Position numbers and translations under genes: made by a program. Shown piece by piece: positions 58,729-64,000 of a DNA stretch of 64,000 nucleotides; within the stretch, counting starts at the first letter, position 1, and the number at the start of each line of letters is the position of its first letter. Source of the stretch: a candidate division WOR-3 bacterium (GTDB lineage Bacteria; Hydrothermota; Tepidihabitantia; SM23-42); the NCBI GenBank assembly GCA_020349965.1, contig CP070705.1:1885789-1949788 (forward strand). The letters run 5' to 3'. The notes under the pieces are model-generated. The model searched no databases, was not told the origin of the DNA, and saw only the letters and a list, made by a program, of their open reading frames with translations.

Positions 58729-60102
58729 GTGATGGACAGTTCACTCACAAAACTCCTCCAGAACATTCTAGCTACCGTTGAAAAAAAATATCCTTATACG
58801 GCGGCGACGGTTTTTGACACGCGAGGAATAGAGATCAATCTCGACAAGGAGAACGAACGAATTGCGTCACGGCAAGGCAACAGAGGAATTGTCCTTTCTA
58901 TTTTTAACGGACGGTATTTCGAGGAATACGCAACGGACATAATCGATGAGAAACACATCGATGAGTTCTGTCGCCGTGCGTTTGACCATGTTGTTATGGA
59001 AGAAATCAAGTACGAACTCACACAACCGCGAGAAGGGAACAGATCCTTCAGAACAGCAGAGAAGATTGACCCCGATAGCGTGTCTATCAAGAACAAACTT
59101 GACATACTTCGCCAGCGACGAGCTGCACTGTTGCGTGGTAAGAATATGGTCAATTGCACGACAAGTTATATCGAAGAAACAGCGAACAAAACGTTCATTA
59201 CTCGGAAAGGAACGCTTGATGAACGGATGCGACGGATATCTCACTACATGGTTGCATACGTCTCAAACGGCAAAGACCTAAAGTATGATTTCTTTTCGAC
59301 CGGCGGGACCGGTGGTCTTGAAATAATTGATATCCCGGATAGCACAATCCCATCGCTCATCGACAGCGCCAACAGGTTATTCAATTCAGAGAGCATCGAA
59401 CCCGGATTCTACGACGTCATTGCCACGCCGGAAATCGCCGGGTTAATCGCTCATGAGGCGTTCGGTCACGGCGTTGAAACGGACATGTACCTGAAGGATC
59501 GTGCGAGGTCAAAGGATTACTTGGGAGAGATCATTGCTTCGCCATTGGTCAACATAATCGATGATCCGTCACTGCCAGGCGGATATGGCTCATATTTCGT
59601 CGATGACGAAGGAAATATTGCGCAACCTACCTACGTTGTCAAAGACGGGCGGTTCATTCAAGGTTTGACAAATAGATATTCAAGTTCGGTACTAAAATTG
59701 AACCCGACGGCGAACGGACGCAGAGAGTCCTTTGCCCGGAAGATCTACACAAGAATGTCTAATACTTTCTTTGAACCTGGCACGAAGACCCCTGAGGAAA
59801 TCATCTCATCAGTTGATAACGGAATCTACCTGATCAGAGGTTTGAGCGGCATGGAAGATCCAAAAGGTTGGGGGATTCAGGTACTCGTTCTATATGGTAA
59901 GGAGATAAGAAAAGGACGTCTCACCGATCGGATTTTTTCACCTCTTGGGATCACAGGCTACGTGCCTGACTTATTGAAGGGTATCTCCATGGTCGGAAAC
60001 GATTTCAAGGTCGATGTAGGGACATGTGGTAAAGGTCATAAGGAATACGTTCCGGTCTCAAGCGGCGGCCCCCACATCCGTACGCGATTACGATTGGGAT
60101 AA
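58729..60102 (+). CDS. TldD-family metallopeptidase, pair 2. ATG at 58732; the ORF track uses GTG 58729.
   Basis: 457 aa. HEAFGHGVETD motif. Confidence 0.8.
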   Translation: MMDSSLTKLLQNILATVEKKYPYTAATVFDTRGIEINLDKENERIASRQGNRGIVLSIFNGRYFEEYATDIIDEKHIDEFCRRAFDHVVMEEIKYELTQPREGNRSFRTAEKIDPDSVSIKNKLDILRQRRAALLRGKNMVNCTTSYIEETANKTFITRKGTLDERMRRISHYMVAYVSNGKDLKYDFFSTGGTGGLEIIDIPDSTIPSLIDSANRLFNSESIEPGFYDVIATPEIAGLIAHEAFGHGVETDMYLKDRARSKDYLGEIIASPLVNIIDDPSLPGGYGSYFVDDEGNIAQPTYVVKDGRFIQGLTNRYSSSVLKLNPTANGRRESFARKIYTRMSNTFFEPGTKTPEEIISSVDNGIYLIRGLSGMEDPKGWGIQVLVLYGKEIRKGRLTDRIFSPLGITGYVPDLLKGISMVGNDFKVDVGTCGKGHKEYVPVSSGGPHIRTRLRLG

Positions 60103-61370
60103 TGAACAAGATAATCGACAGGATAGGCCGCCACGGCTTTGATGATTACAAGATACGCGAAGTGAGATCCACAGAGTATCAGTTATACCTTCTCAAGGAC
60201 GCCATAGAATCAAGGCGGACAGTGGAAAGTAACCACTTCCAAATAACCGTCTATGTCAACCATCGAGTAGGAGGGAAGAAACTGCGCGGCGAGTACACTT
60301 TTGAATACAAACCCGGGGCCGATCTAGATTATTATCTTGAACAGGCGAAATCTGCATGCTCGGTCATCAAGAACAGACACTACGATCTTGCAAAATCCAG
60401 CGATAGTTCGGTTGTCCAAACCCTCGATCCACGCTTGAATGATCCGTTCAAACTCGGCGGGCAACTCACCGAAACCATATATCGCAATACAAAGGGCAGT
60501 AATGTTTATCTCTCCAGCGCAGAGATCTATCTGACCAAGTCTGAAATAGTGCTAAGGACGTCGACGGGAATCGAAAAAAGCAAGGTCAAGGGTCTGGTCG
60601 AGATCGAGGTCACATTCATCAGCAAGAACAGGAAGGTAGAGCAGGAATTGAATTTCGGCATCCGACGAAGGAGTGTAGAAGATCTGCGACTGGAGCAGCG
60701 ACTCACTGAATACAAGGAGCATTCGATCAACATGCTCGAAGTGCAAATACCGAAAAGTGGCCGGGCAAATATCGCAATCAATGCCTCGGATACATATAAG
60801 CTGCTGAGTCCTCTCATTTTCCATAGCTCAGGACAGGCCAAAGACCAAGGCATCAGCCGTTTCGTTCTCAATGGGAGGATCGTAGAAGATGCGGCAAATG
60901 ATTTCAGTCTTAAGACGAGCGGCATTTTACCCTTCGGGTTATACAGCGAACCGTTCGACGGTGATGGCATTGCCTGTAATGAATACACATTGATTGACAA
61001 AGGTGTCTTCCGACAGTATTGGACGACAAAGCGATACGCAGACTATCTCGGCGTGAAGCCAACCGGCGAGTTCAAGAATCTAATAGTAGAACCCGTTCGC
61101 AGTTCAACGATCGATATTGACTCTTGTTACGAAATAATACAGTTCTCAGACCTATCCCCGGACCCGGTCACTGGTGATATCGTCGCAGAAATAAGGTTCG
61201 GCTATGCCACGATCGATGGACGGAAGACACCCATAAAGGGAGGGTCGGTCAGCGGGAACATTTTTCAGAATTTGAAGCGTATATCTTTTGCGTCCGAGGA
61301 TGTTTTCGAAGGTAACTATGCGGGCCCGAAATTCCTCGTACTCAAAGATATGTCGATATCAGGCCAATGA
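60102..61370 (+). CDS. TldE/PmbA-family protein, pair 2 partner (divergent)
   Basis: 422 aa. Stop/start overlaps tldD2. Gly-rich C-terminal region. No HExxxH. Confidence 0.7.
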   Translation: MNKIIDRIGRHGFDDYKIREVRSTEYQLYLLKDAIESRRTVESNHFQITVYVNHRVGGKKLRGEYTFEYKPGADLDYYLEQAKSACSVIKNRHYDLAKSSDSSVVQTLDPRLNDPFKLGGQLTETIYRNTKGSNVYLSSAEIYLTKSEIVLRTSTGIEKSKVKGLVEIEVTFISKNRKVEQELNFGIRRRSVEDLRLEQRLTEYKEHSINMLEVQIPKSGRANIAINASDTYKLLSPLIFHSSGQAKDQGISRFVLNGRIVEDAANDFSLKTSGILPFGLYSEPFDGDGIACNEYTLIDKGVFRQYWTTKRYADYLGVKPTGEFKNLIVEPVRSSTIDIDSCYEIIQFSDLSPDPVTGDIVAEIRFGYATIDGRKTPIKGGSVSGNIFQNLKRISFASEDVFEGNYAGPKFLVLKDMSISGQ

Positions 61371-61461
61371 TTGTGTTCCAATAGAGATTCTATCACGTTC
61401 TTATGCTCCGTCACCTAAATCCCCGATAATACGCGTCTGCAGTACGTATGGATACATCTCC

Positions 61462-61489
61462 TTGACATCCATTGGTATATTAATATAAT
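61462..61489 (+). promoter_or_regulatory. Candidate promoter TTGACA-16-TATAAT upstream of the 61530 gene (RBS GGAGG)
   Basis: Read directly from the sequence. Confidence 0.5.
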
Positions 61490-61529
61490 GATAAGTTAAT
61501 CTGCAGTTAATAAAGTTTGGAGGTTTTGT

Positions 61530-62537
61530 ATGCGTAAGGTTTTTTTCACCCTTATTCTCTTGTCGGCACTATTAGTCGGTGCTACACGCCCCGGTGCAGT
61601 TTTTCTTCTCATATGGCCAGGAGCAAGAGCAACAGCGTTGAGTGGCGCATTCTCCGCGGTCGCCGATGATGCGACTGCATGTTACTATAACCAAGCAGGA
61701 CTTGCTTTCATTGATGGGACAATTGTTTCCTTGCAGCATGCAGTGTGGTTACCGTCTCTCAATGACGACATGTACTACGAATATCTCGGCGTCACGAAGT
61801 CATTCAAGGTGGGTACTTTCGGACTTGGCATTACTTACCTGACAACTGGCCCTACCACAGTGACGAATTTTCAGGGCGTGTACCTTGGGACGTATGTGAC
61901 ATTCGATATTGCCGTCGGATTGAACTACGGGGCATTAATACAACCAAACCTCGGAGTAGGTGTTGGTTGGAAGCTAATCTATTCTTACCTGGTTCCACCA
62001 TGGGTTTGGTTGAGAATGCCGGAACTGGAAGTAACGAGCGGTGGAATCGGCATTACTTACGCATTCGACGCCGGCACCATTTACAAACCATTTCAGTTCC
62101 TCACGTTAGCCGGAGCATTGCAGAATATCGGCCCTGATATCAGTTACACCGAGAGTGGCGCATCCGATCCGCTGCCATACACGTTAAGGCTCGGAATGCG
62201 CTTTCAGCCAATCGACAACAAGGTCATACGTATTGCCCTTACAGCCGATGTTACCAAAATTCTCGTGGGAATGTTCGCTGATGAAACAAAAACTTTCTTC
62301 GAGAACCTTGGGTATGAGTTCCGCGAAGCGTGGAAAGGCGTCGGTTTAGAGATAGATTATTATGATTTCATCAAGTTAAGAGGTGGCTATTTCCACGATA
62401 GCGAGGGCCAAAGAATTGGCTTCACCTACGGAGGAGGGATCAAAGCCGGTGGATTTTCACTCGACGTAGGTGTGGATCAAGACATATACGAATTCAAAAC
62501 CACAAACCGTAAGTTCTCGATCTCCTATAAATTCTAA
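61530..62537 (+). CDS. Outer-membrane beta-barrel of the FadL/PorV (OMPP1/TodX) superfamily
   Basis: 335 aa. Signal peptide. ARATALSGAFSAVADDATACYYNQAGLAF N-terminal family motif. Terminal F (...SISYKF). Confidence 0.5.
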   Translation: MRKVFFTLILLSALLVGATRPGAVFLLIWPGARATALSGAFSAVADDATACYYNQAGLAFIDGTIVSLQHAVWLPSLNDDMYYEYLGVTKSFKVGTFGLGITYLTTGPTTVTNFQGVYLGTYVTFDIAVGLNYGALIQPNLGVGVGWKLIYSYLVPPWVWLRMPELEVTSGGIGITYAFDAGTIYKPFQFLTLAGALQNIGPDISYTESGASDPLPYTLRLGMRFQPIDNKVIRIALTADVTKILVGMFADETKTFFENLGYEFREAWKGVGLEIDYYDFIKLRGGYFHDSEGQRIGFTYGGGIKAGGFSLDVGVDQDIYEFKTTNRKFSISYKF

Positions 62538-62701
62538 CGACAATCCTCAAGGGGCTATCCTCACTATCTAGTTAGGAAGCGCATAAGACAACGAAAGCAA
62601 GACGAGAAAGGCTGTATACCGGTGAAGGTCATTTGGAGCATCGGAAACATCTACACGGTCAAAAGACATTTCGCTCCGCTGGGTGACCATCCTACGGAAC
62701 A

Positions 62702-63688
62702 ATGAAATTACGTTCGCAAGACAGTAAAGTCTTGATCGTCGGTGCAACAGGCTTCGTCGGCAAGAACCTGGTGCCGCAAATGGCAACCCGCGGTCCAACC
62801 ACTATATTGGTTCGCGCTACATCAAATACTGCTCTATTTAGAGAAAACCCGAATATCAGAATTCTCAAGGGCGATCTCGAAACTGCCAACGGACTCCGCG
62901 AAGCATTGAATGACATCGACGTCGTAATCCACTGTGCTGCTCGAACCATGGGACGTACCTACTGGGAATATTACCGGACTAACACAATGGGTACAGCGAA
63001 TTTGCTTAAAGAGATGAAGGCAGCAGGTGTAAAGAAACTTCTCTTCTTGAGTTCTCACGCTGCATGCGGGCCGAGCGCAGCCATCACTACGACCATCAGG
63101 AACGGCGCTGAAAATCCGATATCATTCTACGGGTCGACAAAGAGGCAAGCCGAGAAGTTGATAATAAGAAGCGGCCTCTCCTATACAATCATCAGACCGG
63201 TATCTGTCTATGGACCTCACGACACAGAGATACTGACCTACATAAAGCTACTCAACAGAGGAATCTGCCCTGTTGTCGGATTTGGCTCCAAGTACTTGAA
63301 TCTCATCTATGTAGCGGATCTTGTCGATATGATCATTGAGATCGTAAGAAGGGATCACTTTGGGAATAGAATATATTTCGCAAACGACGGGAATTGTTAT
63401 TCTTTCGATTCAGTGCTCAAAAGCATCGCATGCGCGCTCGACAAGAAGAATGTAAAGATACATATCCCCACCTCAATCGCCATGTTTATCGGACTATTGA
63501 ATGATGTGTTCCTCCCGCCGCGGTTCAGGCTCGTCACCCGCGACAAAGTGAGGGAGCTTGCGTGTCAGTATTGGGTATGCGGTGAAACTAAATCAATTCA
63601 GGAGATGGGTCTCCGACCCAAATACACATTTGAACACGGCATCATCGAAACCGTCGAATGGTACCGTAAGCACGGTTTCCTCTCATGA
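62702..63688 (+). CDS. NAD-dependent epimerase/dehydratase (SDR family)
   Basis: 328 aa. N-terminal Rossmann VLIVGATGFVGKNL. YxxxK present. Confidence 0.8.
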   Translation: MKLRSQDSKVLIVGATGFVGKNLVPQMATRGPTTILVRATSNTALFRENPNIRILKGDLETANGLREALNDIDVVIHCAARTMGRTYWEYYRTNTMGTANLLKEMKAAGVKKLLFLSSHAACGPSAAITTTIRNGAENPISFYGSTKRQAEKLIIRSGLSYTIIRPVSVYGPHDTEILTYIKLLNRGICPVVGFGSKYLNLIYVADLVDMIIEIVRRDHFGNRIYFANDGNCYSFDSVLKSIACALDKKNVKIHIPTSIAMFIGLLNDVFLPPRFRLVTRDKVRELACQYWVCGETKSIQEMGLRPKYTFEHGIIETVEWYRKHGFLS

Positions 63689-63752
63689 TGTTGACAATGG
63701 ATGAAGCTTGACAAGAAAGAAACGGCAGATATAATAAAAAGGGGATTAATCA

Positions 63753-64000
63753 ATGAACTGGTACGCAGGTTACACAAAATGCAATCATGAACGCATCGTC
63801 AACAAGATGCTCTCCGAGAAAGGCATCAGCACTTTTCTTCCTGAAATAATCGTCCCCAGCCGTCGGAAGAATCGCAAGATTCTCGTCAAACGGCCCCTAT
63901 TCCGTAATTATCTTTTCGTACAAATCGACGAAAGACAAGATAATTGGATCAAAGTCTTCCGCACGCCGGGGCTCGCCCGTATATGCGGAAATGGCAGGCC
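63753..64000 (+). CDS. NusG-family paralog (UpxY/LoaP-like specialised antiterminator), partial at window end
   Basis: MNWYAGYTKCNHERIVNKMLSEKGISTFLPEI...RNYLFVQIDE matches the NusG NGN domain. Confidence 0.6.
   Translation, partial: MNWYAGYTKCNHERIVNKMLSEKGISTFLPEIIVPSRRKNRKILVKRPLFRNYLFVQIDERQDNWIKVFRTPGLARICGNGR

Overview
This 64-kb window is a densely packed bacterial chromosomal segment with gaps rarely above 250 bp. Coding runs in alternating operon blocks and many first genes have recognisable sigma70-type -35/-10 promoters. The T9SS-like cargo domain, FadL/PorV-like barrels and Reg_prop propeller suggest an FCB-superphylum-like organism; this is an inference. Main content, in order:
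(1) A complete dcw cell-wall/division cluster on the minus strand: mraZ, a STAS-domain protein, rsmH, ftsL, ftsI, murE, murF, mraY, murD and ftsW. ftsW runs off the window start and was missing from the ORF track.
(2) rsmB-fmt-def-yajC on the minus strand.
(3) nnr, a Reg_prop beta-propeller protein, tatC, tRNA-Ala(GGC), then a translationally coupled TPR lipoprotein / small membrane protein / HNH nuclease trio followed by an Omp85-like protein and a second outer-membrane protein.
(4) purH, apgM and a BFD-[2Fe-2S]-lipB-lipA operon on the minus strand.
(5) A TonB-dependent receptor, a ferredoxin-like protein and an M28 peptidase with a T9SS-type C-terminal domain.
(6) An arsenic-resistance locus (arsR, ArsP-like permease, ACR3) fused to a thiol-redox relay (TlpA-like thioredoxin, CcdA, small Trx).
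(7) A ribosomal-protein cluster that starts abruptly at rpsH and runs through secY-adk-map-infA-rpmJ-rpsM-rpsK-rpsD-rpoA-rplQ.
(8) Two separate TldD/TldE(PmbA) metallopeptidase pairs. Between them lie an EamA transporter and a long minus-strand operon: RseC-like, outer-membrane barrel, coiled-coil membrane protein, YhaM-like HD nuclease, smc, ftsY.
(9) A FadL/PorV-like barrel, an NAD-dependent epimerase and a NusG paralog at the window end.
No CRISPR array, rRNA or obvious mobile element was seen.
The most system-like unexplained units are:
- the TPR / membrane / HNH / Omp85 / OM module at 17.0-22.0 kb;
- the envelope-protein operon fused to yhaM-smc-ftsY at 51.6-58.5 kb, flanked by duplicated TldD/E pairs;
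- the STAS insertion plus MraZ-box-like triple repeat in the dcw cluster;
- the ars plus periplasmic thiol-relay operon abutting a truncated spc cluster.
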